From Strigamia acuminata (taxonomy: Eukaryota), in assembly GCA_949358305.1 (NCBI GenBank), contig OX442314.1, forward strand, positions 14,322,001 through 14,386,000: a stretch of 64,000 nt of DNA. Reading direction: 5' to 3'. Position numbers and translations under genes: made by a program. Every line of letters starts with the position of its first letter. The stretch's first letter is position 1. Of this stretch, positions 52,450 to 64,000 are shown in pieces. Under the pieces are notes generated by a model. The model had not been told where the DNA came from. It saw only the letters and a program-made list of their open reading frames with translations, and ran no database searches.

Positions 52450-54426
52450 ATGGCGGACATCAGTGCGCAACGTGGTCGAAGCAAGTTGTTTAAACGAAAA
52501 AGCGTCAACTCCGATGGAAGTAAGGATGCCAAGAAGAAAAAGAAGGCGAAGCCGGTGAAAGCAGAACCGAACGATGTCGTGAACGAAACTAAAGATAATG
52601 TCGTGATAAATTTAGAGGAAATTGGCAATGATAGCGATGACGCGGAACCGGAAGTAAATAAAAAATTGTTTATGATTACATTTCTTTTATTAATTATTAC
52701 CGTAATTAAATTGTAATTGATTTTCTAGGACGAAGTGGACGTTAACGATCCGTTCAAGCATTTTACGGTTGACATTGAAGAATCCTTAGTTACGGAATTG
52801 GGTATTCGCCAAAAATGGGTCACGCAACCCGAAGAAACATTTCCACATCTTGGAAAAATGGTTGCCCATTCGTGTAGAAATGAAATCCGGCTAAATTGTG
52901 ACACGAAAGAAAATCTACACCTTAAGAAGCAACTGCTCGAGAGTTTGAAAACAACTGATAAAAGCGGCAAATGTAAAATGTTTTCGGACTTTCAAAAGGA
53001 ATTCTATTCCGTGATCAACAAATACAACGATGTTTACTATCCCGAACGGACTTGTGCAAACGCGGAAGAAATTCGAGCCGCCTACTGCGTGCATGCCTTA
53101 AACCATATTTTGAAAACCAGATCAAAAATTGTTCACCACAATTCGAAAATCAAACGCCACGACGACGTTCCGGACGAATATCGCGATCAAGGTTTAACGA
53201 GACCAAAAGTGCTGATTTTGGTGCCTTTTAGGGAATCGGCTTTAAGAGTCGTCAAATTGATTATGGATTTAATCAATCCTGGCAAAAAGGCGAATATAAT
53301 CAACAAGAAGAGATTTCAAAGCGAATTTAGCACCGAAGGACCGCCAGTTGTAAGAGCGAGGAAACGACCGGATGATTACGACGCAACGTTTGTCGGCAAT
53401 ACCGACGACATGTTTCGCTTGGGCATTGGTGTTTCCAAAAAGAGCTTAAAGTTGTACGCCGACTTCTATTCTGCCGACATTCTAGTCGCGTCACCGCTTG
53501 GACTGAGGACGATAATTGGCGCGGAAGGAGAAAAACAAGATTTTGATTTTTTGTCGTCGATTGAAGTTCTAATAATGGATCAGTGCGACGTTTTTTTGAT
53601 GCAAAATTGGAGCCACATTCTGTACATCGTTAATCACATGCATTTACAGCCGAGCGAATCGCACGGAGCTGACTTTTCCCGCGTCAGAATGTGGACATTG
53701 AACGGTTGGGCGAAATATTATCGTCAAACAATTATCTTGAGTGGCGTTAGGAGTCCGTGTTTTTCTTCGTTGTTCAACAAGCATTGTGTGAACTACGCGG
53801 GAAAAATAGAGTTTAGGAATTTGCATTTGTTGGGCACTATTTGCCAAGTTGTTGCCCAATTGCCGCAAGTTTTCCACGCGTTCAATGCTCCCAATGCGAG
53901 CGAATTAGCCGATTTCCGGTTTCAATTCTTTGTCAGTAAAATTTTGCCACAATTTAAAGACGCAGTTATGTCGCACACGATGATTTTTATTCCGTCTTAC
54001 TTCGATTTCGTCCGACTTCGGAATTATTTCAAGAAAGAAAGCATTAGTTTTGTGCAAATTTGCGAATACACCAAACAAAATAAGGTGGCGAGAGCACGTG
54101 ATTATTTCTTCCACGGCACTAATCATTTTTTGCTGTACACTGAAAGAGCTCACTTTTATAACCGACACGTAGTCAAAGGCATTCGGCATATAATTTTTTA
54201 CGAGTTGCCAGTTTTTCCACATTTCTACAGCGAAATGTGCAACATGTTGCAGCTCCCGACGAAAAAATCAAAGGATTTGGAGAGCGATAAGAGTGATAAA
54301 AGTTGTCTCGTTTTGTACGCGTCGCAAGATGCGCAACAGTTGTCAGCTGTTGTTGGGACCACCAGAACGTCCCATATGTTAAATTCCGATAGAAAAGTTC
54401 ATATGTTTGTTTCTGGAGACTCTTGA
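52450..54426 (+). CDS. UTP25: U3 snoRNA-associated protein 25 / digestive organ expansion factor, 2 exons
   Basis: YCVHALNHILKTR, EYRDQGLTRPKVLILVPFRESA, FVGNTDDMFRLGI, LYADFYSADILVASPLGLR, FIPSYFDFVRLRNYFK, LLYTERAHFY. Intron at ~52654-52728. Confidence 0.96.
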
Positions 54427-55090
54427 AAGAATTTAATAAAAAAAAATGTTTAAAAATATTCAATATTTTCTTTTAATATCTTAGCAAAAACAGTGCTACA
54501 AAAATTCTGCAGATGTCATTACTTTTACAACATATGCCCTTATCCCCATAAAATCTTTTACAAAATTCCAGAGCAAAGCAAATTAATATTTACAAAATTT
54601 GCTAACGTAAAACAGTTAATGATATAATATCAAATTCAATTAACATTACAACAGGTATCATTAAAAAAAGACGACGTGATCGAAGAAATTTTGCACATGT
54701 TTGTCAACTAAAAGGTAAACGTATCAAATGGTTTTTAAAAAGAAAAGATTCGTTTTGTAAAAAATTTGTACAATTTTAGCTTTTTACATAATATCCTGAA
54801 GTTCCTCAAACATTATCTAGTACCGGATGACTTGACTAGCAACTACTAATAAAAAAAATTAAAAATGACCTGTATATTATTCAATTTGTAAGTTTTCTTA
54901 GCAACTAACACGATGCCAATAATAGCAATACCGTTTGATACGAACAAGATATAGAAGAAACTTACATAATTAAGTCACTTGAAGTGGACATCAATTAGAA
55001 AAAAATAAGTGAAATCAATTTGGCAGCCGGTTTTCTGAATACAAATGTTAAAAAATTACCACAGTCGGGTGGAAAACGTGAATAATGGAA

Positions 55091-57410
55091 TTATTCAGCA
55101 ACAGCATTAGCATGTGCGTATGTGGAAGAACTTGTCCTTTGATGCTGTCGACGAACAGCTTTTATCGACTTTCTATGTTTCTTTTCATCACTCGAATCTC
55201 CCGTATCAATTCCAGAATCCTCTTGGTTGTTCGCATTAGATTCCGTTAACAACAACTGAGTATCTAAGTTTTTCATGGAAGTTTTTCGTCTCTCGAGTTC
55301 TCCGACGGTGTAGCGGCATAATACTTCAAAAAAATCTGGAACTCCATCATAGCCTACAGAATAAAAAGTAATTAATTTCTCTAAAAATAATTTTTTTTCG
55401 ATAAATAATTCATTACCAGGAAATACGTTGATGTCGACAATTGCGTATTTTCCTGTTTTGTTCTCAATAACCACATCAACTCCGAATAGAGCCATTCTCA
55501 AATTCGTATGAACTGTTGTCATAATTTTTTGAAATTGTGCAAAACACGGTTTTGGCAGTGGTGTAAGTAGGTCGGCTTCATCCAACTCGAAAGTAAAAGA
55601 AAGTGAATTAATTTAAACGATCGAGGTCACGGTAACATTACGCCATAATTATTATCATTATACAATAATTACCTGATTCAATGAGCTGACTGAATTTGCT
55701 TTTGAAACGTCATGACTATCAAAATAAATTGTCTCCTGGTCTGTATTAATAAAATAAATTAATATTCATCATTAAAATTATACATGTACCAGTTCTACCT
55801 CCTGCATGGAAATTTTTTAAGGAAGGTCTCTCGACGACGTACCATGTGTCACCGATCGCGAATAATTTGTATAAAATAGCATTATGACAAATGAAAGTTT
55901 GTGCAACACAAGGAGGTGTTATATCTTTAACACCTTCTTCATTGAAAATTATGGCCATTTTATGTGCCAATTGACTCCCATGAGCTAATGAAGGTTTGCA
56001 AACTAAAAAAAAAATAATTGGTAAACGATATCATGTGATATTCAAGTCGTAATTCGACTCACTGAATGGAAAAGATACGCCGTATTCTTTCAAAAGTTTC
56101 AAATTGGTATTTGTATTACACGTTGTTAATTCTACAAATGCTGGTCTTATTACTCCATCTACATTAAAAACGTATAAAATTAAAATACATTTGGAAAATT
56201 GATTGCAACACTAGCGTAAATCCCAAAAAAATTTCTTGCAAAATTATTTTCAAATGGAAATTTATTTTTCCCCTTTATTTTTGGGAATTTTATATTATTC
56301 ATTGTAAAATTTAGTTCCTCCTTTTCTGTTAACTACGCCAATGTTGCTTAATCACGCAGTAAATAACCTTCTCTGGCGAGAGGGCTTTCGTCAATAAGGC
56401 GGTATGTTTTTGATCGATCGATCAGAGTTCTTACACTATCAATAGGATCAATGACCAAAATGTCCGGATTTGATGTCAAATAAGCCTAAAATAAAATATC
56501 ACCGATTAAAAAAAAAATAAACAAATATTTTTTCAGCTTGTTTTTATTTTTACAACCGTCTGGCCAGGAAATACAAACTGTTGCCAAACTAATGAAAGGA
56601 AATAAAGAGATCGTGAACTTACTTCAAAAGCAGACAAAATCTTTTGGTCCTCGTTCGCACTCTCATTTTTACTATGATTTAAACCTTCAGCTTTAACAAT
56701 TACATCAGTAAGCTTATGTAAAATTGCTGAAAATGGTCCCTGATCTTGCAAAGGTTTAGACAAGTTGATCTATTATCATAAAATAAAATAAAAAAGAATA
56801 AACATAAATCATACTTTCTATTTTCTTCGCTGTTCAAACAACAACAAAACGATTACGCAATTGCATTTATTAATGTCAACTCACCTGAACCAGCTCAATC
56901 CCAACAGCTCTGCAAATAAAAAAATATTTTCTGATAAATGAATTTCATTATCTAAACTAGAACAATAAAATATGACAAAAAGCGAGCGCGTTATCGTCTA
57001 TTTCGATACTGCGCGGTGATAACCTCTAACCTCCATCTAAAAATCGTTGCAGAAGTCGGGAGTCGGTATGACTCATATTTCTTTCACTTTCCTTGAGACT
57101 GCCCTTGTAGGGATTTACAGGTCAAATACACCCTTACGAAATTGTGTCATATACTCCATTTCCCCCCTCATTCATTCATTCGTATCTTCATGAGTCACAA
57201 AATAAATTTGATGCAATCCAAAATAAATAACGCGACAGCAAAAAATTTGACAACCATTAATGATAATAAAATTCATAGTTTAAGCACATAACCGCAAACT
57301 CACTTGCACGTGTCGGCATCCGCAAACGCTTCTTTAAACTTTCGGCATTTTTTTTCACTCATCCAGTAACCAACCCTCCATGGGGTCAAATTTCCGTCCT
57401 CGCATTTCAT
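55091..57410 (-). CDS. ITPK1: Inositol-tetrakisphosphate 1-kinase, about 9 exons
   Basis: RVGYWMSEKK, LQDQGPFSAILHKLTD, FPF|ICKPSLAHG..AHKMAIIFNEEG, PPCVAQTFICHNAILYKLF, VVERPSLKNF, LFGVDVVIE..YAIVDINVFPGYDGVP. Confidence 0.95.
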
Positions 57411-60400
57411 TTTTGTTCACTTGTTTTTCCCCCCCTCGGAAATTATTTGACAAATGTTCTTAGCATGTTGTAGGTGAAGCGGGGAGACGAGTGAAGGAAG
57501 GCAATGCAATTCCACTGAGTACAAGTAGACTAGGTTACGTCACTATCACCGAATAAACAAAAATCGTTTCCGGCGAAACGTTGATGGCCAGCGTCATCTG
57601 TTCGTAAAATTCAATAACTAAACTTGTTTTCTATCTTCTTCTGACGGTCGGTTGTTTTTTTGTTATTGTAAATTTAATACGACTCCATTTATGTAACCAC
57701 TAACCAGTTGGTTTTCTTTAAATGAGTCGTATTGTGTTTATGAAAATAAATAGAGCATTTCATTTCGGTTTATTTTTTGTGGTGAGATTTTGCACATTTT
57801 TAATGTGTAGTCTTATAAAAAGAAAAAGAAAAGATCAAACATTTCACAAAATAAATTTAATATTGATGAAACAAATTCTATCCTCCAGTTTACAAAAGAA
57901 AAAAAAGAATTTGAATGCTTTTATACAGGATAAAATGTCATTGCCAAAGACATTTGTGACATCCTAATTAAAATGACAATGATGTACACAAACAAGCCAC
58001 CAAAAATTCAATACATTCAAAAAATCTCTTAAACACCATACCTGGTAAATTACTAAATACAAAATAAAAACTATTCGTCACCTTTAACCATTTGTAATAC
58101 TTGAAATAACTTGTTTTAATCCCCTCCTATACATTCCACTAAAATAAAATAAAAATTCCATTGAATAACTATTGCTTCCTTTAATCGAATCATTCCCTAA
58201 ACTACGTAATAAAATTTAATAGTATTATTTTGAAGGAAAAAAAAAATAAAAAAAAAATAAAAAAAATTGAATTTCAATAACCATTAAAGACGTTTCAATA
58301 GTCCATTGGTGTCTATCGCACAAAAGAACAATTGCATAGTTCGAGTTTCTTTTTAAACAAAAAAACCAGCAATTTTTGATCCTACAAATTACATTCATTT
58401 ACCATTTCAGCTTCTTTTATTTCAAAACATTCTTTTTTGAAATTGCATATAATTTTTTAGTCAAGTTATTTGACTCGTCGTTTGTTTTTAGTAGCGATGT
58501 TTCACTAAAATCCTCACTTTTAACGTACCGCACACATGTCCCTTTCTTTTTCAATAAACTCTTAACACGAATCAATTATAACAACAAATTCCAATAAGCA
58601 AATAATTTTGTAAAAAGTTCATTTACTACTGGAGTGGTGATGCAACGATTAAAAAGCAAACAAATTTCGTTTTCGGATGAATTAGATTTCATGTATACAT
58701 TACAAAAATATCGTGAATAATTCACTCGTTATGAATACCTGAGATTTTTCTTTTTTTTTTTCCTTTAACCATAAATTGAAAAGAATCTACTTACTACATA
58801 ATCCAAAGGTTACATTTAATATATCACAATATTTCCAATAGCTGCCTTAGTGAAAGGTACTCCAACAAATGTCTCGTTATATACAAGGTGCAAACAATAA
58901 ATTGAAAGAATTTAAAAAAATAAAAACAAACTTAAGTCGGTTACCTTCAAAAAAGAGATAGTCACACCACCACTCCCATCATAAACGTGATAAAAAACAA
59001 AACCGAAACTCCAGATTGCACTTCCACCCAATGTTTTCTTATCCTGACGAATTGTCGATTACGCTTAATATATTTAAGCGAATATGTAACGCAATTTTGA
59101 CAGAACGGAAGGCATAGCCGGAGTTGTACAGACCCACTATCATATCCTTTCATTTAAATTACCGTAAACGATGTTTAACAAGGTCAAATATCCTAATTCA
59201 CAACAACAACATTTCACAATCATTTAATTAGCAAAAACTAGGTTTGATGTTATAGTATCTATTCAAACATTCATTAAACAATGATTTCCTAAATGCATAA
59301 TCGTCACAAAATAATACTTGTACTATTGTTGTCTTACGAGTGTCTTTTCAAGACAAATCAGTTTGAAGAAGATTTACGGATGGCCAAGTTGTCAATAGTA
59401 CTTAAAGAGCAAAAATAAATATACACATTAATTCAGCTATAATTAATTAATCTGGAAAACACGCATGCAGGTTTACCAAATATAAGTGTACAACTAGACT
59501 CGTAGTAAAAACGCATGGGACAGTTTTTATACATGTAGTCAGGAAATTTGTTATGAATCAAAGTATATTGATGCCCCATAATAAAAATACACCTTTGGAA
59601 GTTTCAACAAATATACACACATACACGCACGCGCACACCTCTAAAATTAATAGATATATTAAAAGTTTAAGAAAATACTATGTTTTATACATCCAAGAAA
59701 GTTCTATAACAACAAATCTAATTGACATTCTCCATTCAGTGAGAAAAGAGAGGAAGGAAAGAGAAGGAAAGGAAAGTTAGAAAATAATTCAGAGGAAGGG
59801 ACCGTCGTTAATTTGCACAACAAAATCAAAAACATTTATTCAAAAGTTTGTTTCAATTTTCAAATGGCAAGATAATTAATCTTATGAATAAATATTTCCA
59901 ACATGTTAAGAAACGTCGAAATATTTAGGCCATTTTAACTACTCGTGATATGGCACTCGCAAAGAAAAAAAACAGAATTAATTCCAATTGTATTGCTTCA
60001 TTTTGCACACTATGCGAAAATAAAGAACGATCCCCCGAACAATTTGCTGCCAAAATCAAATAAACCAATTCGATATGTTGATAAAAATCTACAACGGGAT
60101 ATATAACCCTTGATAATGGTAGTAGGCAATTATTAACAGACAAATAAAACAAAAAAGTCGTCTTTTATAAGCGAAATAGAAGCAAAAAGGACGATAAAAC
60201 CGTAGCAAATGTACAAGTAAACACCATTTTAAAACCGGATTGCTAGATCAACTGAATTCAAGGGACCGATTGGCGTGAAAAACTGATTTAGTGATTTCCA
60301 ACAAATGGTGATGAGAGAGATGAATGGTCCCACGGCAGTATATTGACAATAGGCTGGCATGATTGCAAATTTAGTGTAATTTAGTGTAACCCCGTGAATC

Positions 60401-61105
60401 AATCAGAATATCGCAAATGTGTAACAACAACAACAACAAATTAATTAATTGGTAGGTAAAGAAAAGGTTCGTTGATACCGAGATCTACTACTTATCCATT
60501 TACCCTCAAAACGAATTGTCGTACCATTTCGTTGCACTTAAAGTAGTTTAAAATTATTGCTATCTGCACTCTAGAAATGATGCAGCCATTTACAGGCACT
60601 AAATTAATTCATTAATTAATATCACTCAACAAACTGCATGACGAATACAATGTATGTAGGCAAAACGTTTCCTTTTGTTTTACTTTGGATCCTGAGATCT
60701 GTCAAGAAGCACTTTGAACTCGTGATTGTAAATTTCAGTTTACTTCTTTTCGCATCAATTTAAAAAGAAAAAAGATAAATAACTGAAATCGTAAAATCAT
60801 TATCACCGTTTCATTTCTAGTTCCCAAAATGGAAACCACTAACATTTCTTTTGCAGACCACAGCAAAGAAGTAGTTTGTGCTAAATCATAACAACAAATA
60901 ACAAGTGCAATTCAAAATCGTAGCTCGCAATATTAAAATAAGTAAGGTTAAAAGGCTTAGTCTAGTAATAATGGGCACAAAGAAGCCTGAAAACCAGAAT
61001 TTAAACCAAAAACAAAAACAAAACAAAAAAACGATAAAAACAGTAAGAGTGTCTTTGATAAACCAACAACATAACAAACACAGAATTCTATTTCACAACC
61101 CAAAT

Positions 61106-62728
61106 TTACCTCAAATGAGATTCAAGCATTTCTATAAACAGCTTATTCATCGGCACCTTTCCATCACGCCGTACATTGGACCAAAATCGCCGCATTATAG
61201 TGTCCACTTGCCGCAAGATCGGCAAGCACAGTAACAAGTTACCCAAATGCAGCTGAGGATTATTAGGCCTTAACACTGACACAACTTCTATTAATCCCGC
61301 AAGAAGGGTTTCTCGAAGTTTCTTCAGAGCTTCCGTATTCCCTACATGTGCATCTGCAAATCCAAATCGGTAATTAACATACAAATGTTTCCACTATTTC
61401 AGCAACAATAATTGAACTATACCCGTATTTGTAGGTAGCAGCGCTTTAAGTATTAAATATTCTTCCTTCAAAATTCCAATCCTCTCTAGGCGTTCCACGA
61501 TCGTTAAGCAGTGAGTGAATAAATCCTCGGCGTGACAAGCCCTCGCTTGCTTTTCGTCCATAACAAAGTCGGTCGCATAATGCAATCGTCCGGACATGGG
61601 CAGAGAACGATACGCCAACGACAAAGTTAATATTTCTGACCAGGAACTTTGTAGAGAATGCATTTGATCATTTAGAGATAAATCCGTGAACCCTGTTTCA
61701 AAAAAAAAAAATCAATATCAGTCTTTTACACAAATAATACGATATTTAAATACCAGGAATTTGTTTGGCCCATCCGATGGCACCAACTAACTCCCTGTCA
61801 GCCAGGTCACTTAAAACACAAACTGCTTTATAATCAGAGTCGGGTAGATTAGGATCAGGAGTCGCGACCAAAGTTTCGGGCTCACATGCATTCAATGCAT
61901 ATAACAACTTATTGTCTGAAAAAAAAATCCATAATAATAAATAAAATAAATAAAATAAAGTCAAGAACAATTTTTTTTTACCTTCTAAAGATGGTTTTTT
62001 CGTAGTGACCATTTGAATTTGGTAAGGTGTTTCAGGATTCCGTCTATACTTCTGGCGGCCTCCTCTCACCCGATCTAATCTCACACCTAAAAACATTTAA
62101 AACCAATTAATTAAACGGTAATCCATTCTCAAAACACTTTTTGTTTCGTTGTTTTTATTTATTATTTTTTACCTTCTTTCAACATTCCCATCCTTAAACA
62201 CTTCTGAAAGCGGCACGCCTGACACGCTTTTCTCCGCCTTTTATTAATTTCACAATCATTAGCAGCCGGGCAAGTATATTCTATATTACCTACGAAAAAC
62301 AAAAGGGGAAAAAATGCTAAAATTGTATCTTAAATTGAAAAACATAACTCCTCACTTTTACCCTGAATTGTTCTTTTAAAAAACGCTTTACAGGCTTCGC
62401 AAGAAGCAACTCCATAGTGAAATCCCGACGCAACATCGCCGCAAACAAGACACAAACGTTTGGGAGAATCGTCTTCTTTGGCACTTGTCCCTTCGGAGGA
62501 CGCTAGAGGACCATCTCCAGGCATTGTGCTGGAACAGAACATGTCTTGTCGATCGGGACTCGACGGCGAGCATTGTCCAGCATCCATAGTGAAGGCATCT
62601 TCTGTCTTCCCATTGGATAATGTCGGAGAATAAATTTCCGAGCTATCTGAAGGCGAACATGGCATCACCATTGGCACTCCTCCTTCACATTTGATATGAG
62701 AAACAATGACAGTGTTGTGATTGGCCAT
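61106..62728 (-). CDS. ERR: Estrogen-related receptor (NR3B); additional upstream exons possible
   Basis: [34 protein letters not shown]...[43 protein letters not shown]-2 [13 protein letters not shown]. Confidence 0.97.
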
Positions 62729-64000
62729 CTTAAATTCTGTTAGAGAAAAAAAGGAAAAAAACAAACAAGTTTCTTTTTAAAAATAAATTACATTCGTCTT
62801 AGCTTCATAAACTTCAGTATTTGCATTAAATTCTGAAATTTTGTTTGTCTCACTCTCTTTATAGGTTACATCCTGCTGATTTCATTCAACGATGTAATTT
62901 CTTACTTTTTTTTCCCCACTGGGAAAATATTGTAGTAAGATGACAAACAAATAACTTTTACTCGTGACCTACAATGCTTTTTTAACCTTGATCTTGAAAA
63001 TGAATGAGATAAGAGCATCCACCAGTCACTTGTCCAACAAAAAAATTATTACAAATAATAAATCTTTCCAAAAATCCAGTTTTTGTTGTTTTTATTTACC
63101 AAAAAAAAAAAATGTATGTTTTTTTTTAAATAAATAAATGAAAAAAATAAAAATAAAAATCTATCTCAGTCTCAGCTTAAAAAAATTAATGTCTCATTTC
63201 AACCCACCTAGAATTTAAATTTCAAATATATCACCATTAATAATCATTACTTTCCTTCAAATTACACGTGCCAAATTCTACTTCAAATTGGTTAAATTAT
63301 GACAACACAAAGCCTAAATGCCTACAGTTTTCGCAGAGCTCCTCCACTTCGAAAAAAGTGGAAGAACCCAACATGATGAATTGCATACAAGCAGTTTTTT
63401 TTTCTTTCTTTCTTTTTTTTTTAAAAAAAAAAAGCCACTCTAATCCCACCTTTATTCATTTTTTTTTAATTTTATTTTTACAAACCACTCGCACATTTTA
63501 CTTCAACAAAGGCATTAAATTTTCTCATTACAACGCCGCGAGAACCTAAAAACTCGGATCCACACAACATCAGCCATCCCACCTGGCAATCCCTAAACGC
63601 AGACCGAAGCATGCAGCCTTGCATCCGCATAAAAATAGTTTGGCCTTGAACTTGGAAGTTTTTCTTCATTTTTTTCTCTCCTCCCCTTTTATAAATTTGA
63701 TTTAATCTTTTTAAACAATTTTCTTTTTTTGGAAAAAAGAATTACGATCAATTTACATGTATGGAAATTGATATAACTATGTATATATATATATAAATAG
63801 ATTTTTTTTTCGATTGGGAATTTTAAGTTGCGACTCACGGGCATGTGTGCAGCGACTAGCTATCACGATCGTATGTTGTTTCATGTCAAATGAATGCTCG
63901 ATGCGCGAATATCAGTTGGAGAGTTGTTTCTGACACAAGTGTTTAGATAATAAGAAAACTTATGATGTCATTTTTATCCAGGGTTGAGGTTGACTACCTC

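Noticed and set aside
52068..52628. 186-aa ORF suggesting an N-terminally extended WDR20 overlapping UTP25
   Set aside because: The extension is antisense to UTP25 exon 1 and starts at a non-ATG codon; WDR20 similarity begins at MAVQYEGGGK (52358).

Overview
AT-rich, gene-dense eukaryotic DNA with very short (mostly ~50-90 nt) GT-AG introns. It is most likely a compact arthropod genome: (TTAGG)n repeats occur in a transposon and the gene set is metazoan. A non-dipteran such as a myriapod is plausible but is only inference. In order, the window holds: the 3' part of a double MyTH4-FERM unconventional myosin (+), Smaug/SAMD4 (+), HRD1/synoviolin (-), Speedy/RINGO (+), a decayed or non-coding spliced locus carrying a hAT-type MITE (-), TRAPPC1 followed 13 nt later by a DUF2236/MpaB-like oxygenase ORF (+), USP34 (-), two tandem peripherin/ROM1-like tetraspanins (-) separated by a 9-bp-TSD foldback element with telomeric repeats, cytosolic Hsp90 (+), WDR20 (-) head-to-head with UTP25/DIEXF (+), ITPK1 (-) and the estrogen-related receptor ERR (-). 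The best leads are the candidate TRAPPC1-oxygenase bicistronic or recoding unit, the telomere-repeat Mutator-like element, the X-box-associated peripherin-like pair, a 91-bp ATG-to-ATG divergent gene pair, an intronic pre-miRNA-like hairpin and three candidate frame-preserving microexons. Exon boundaries were read by eye and no database search was run.
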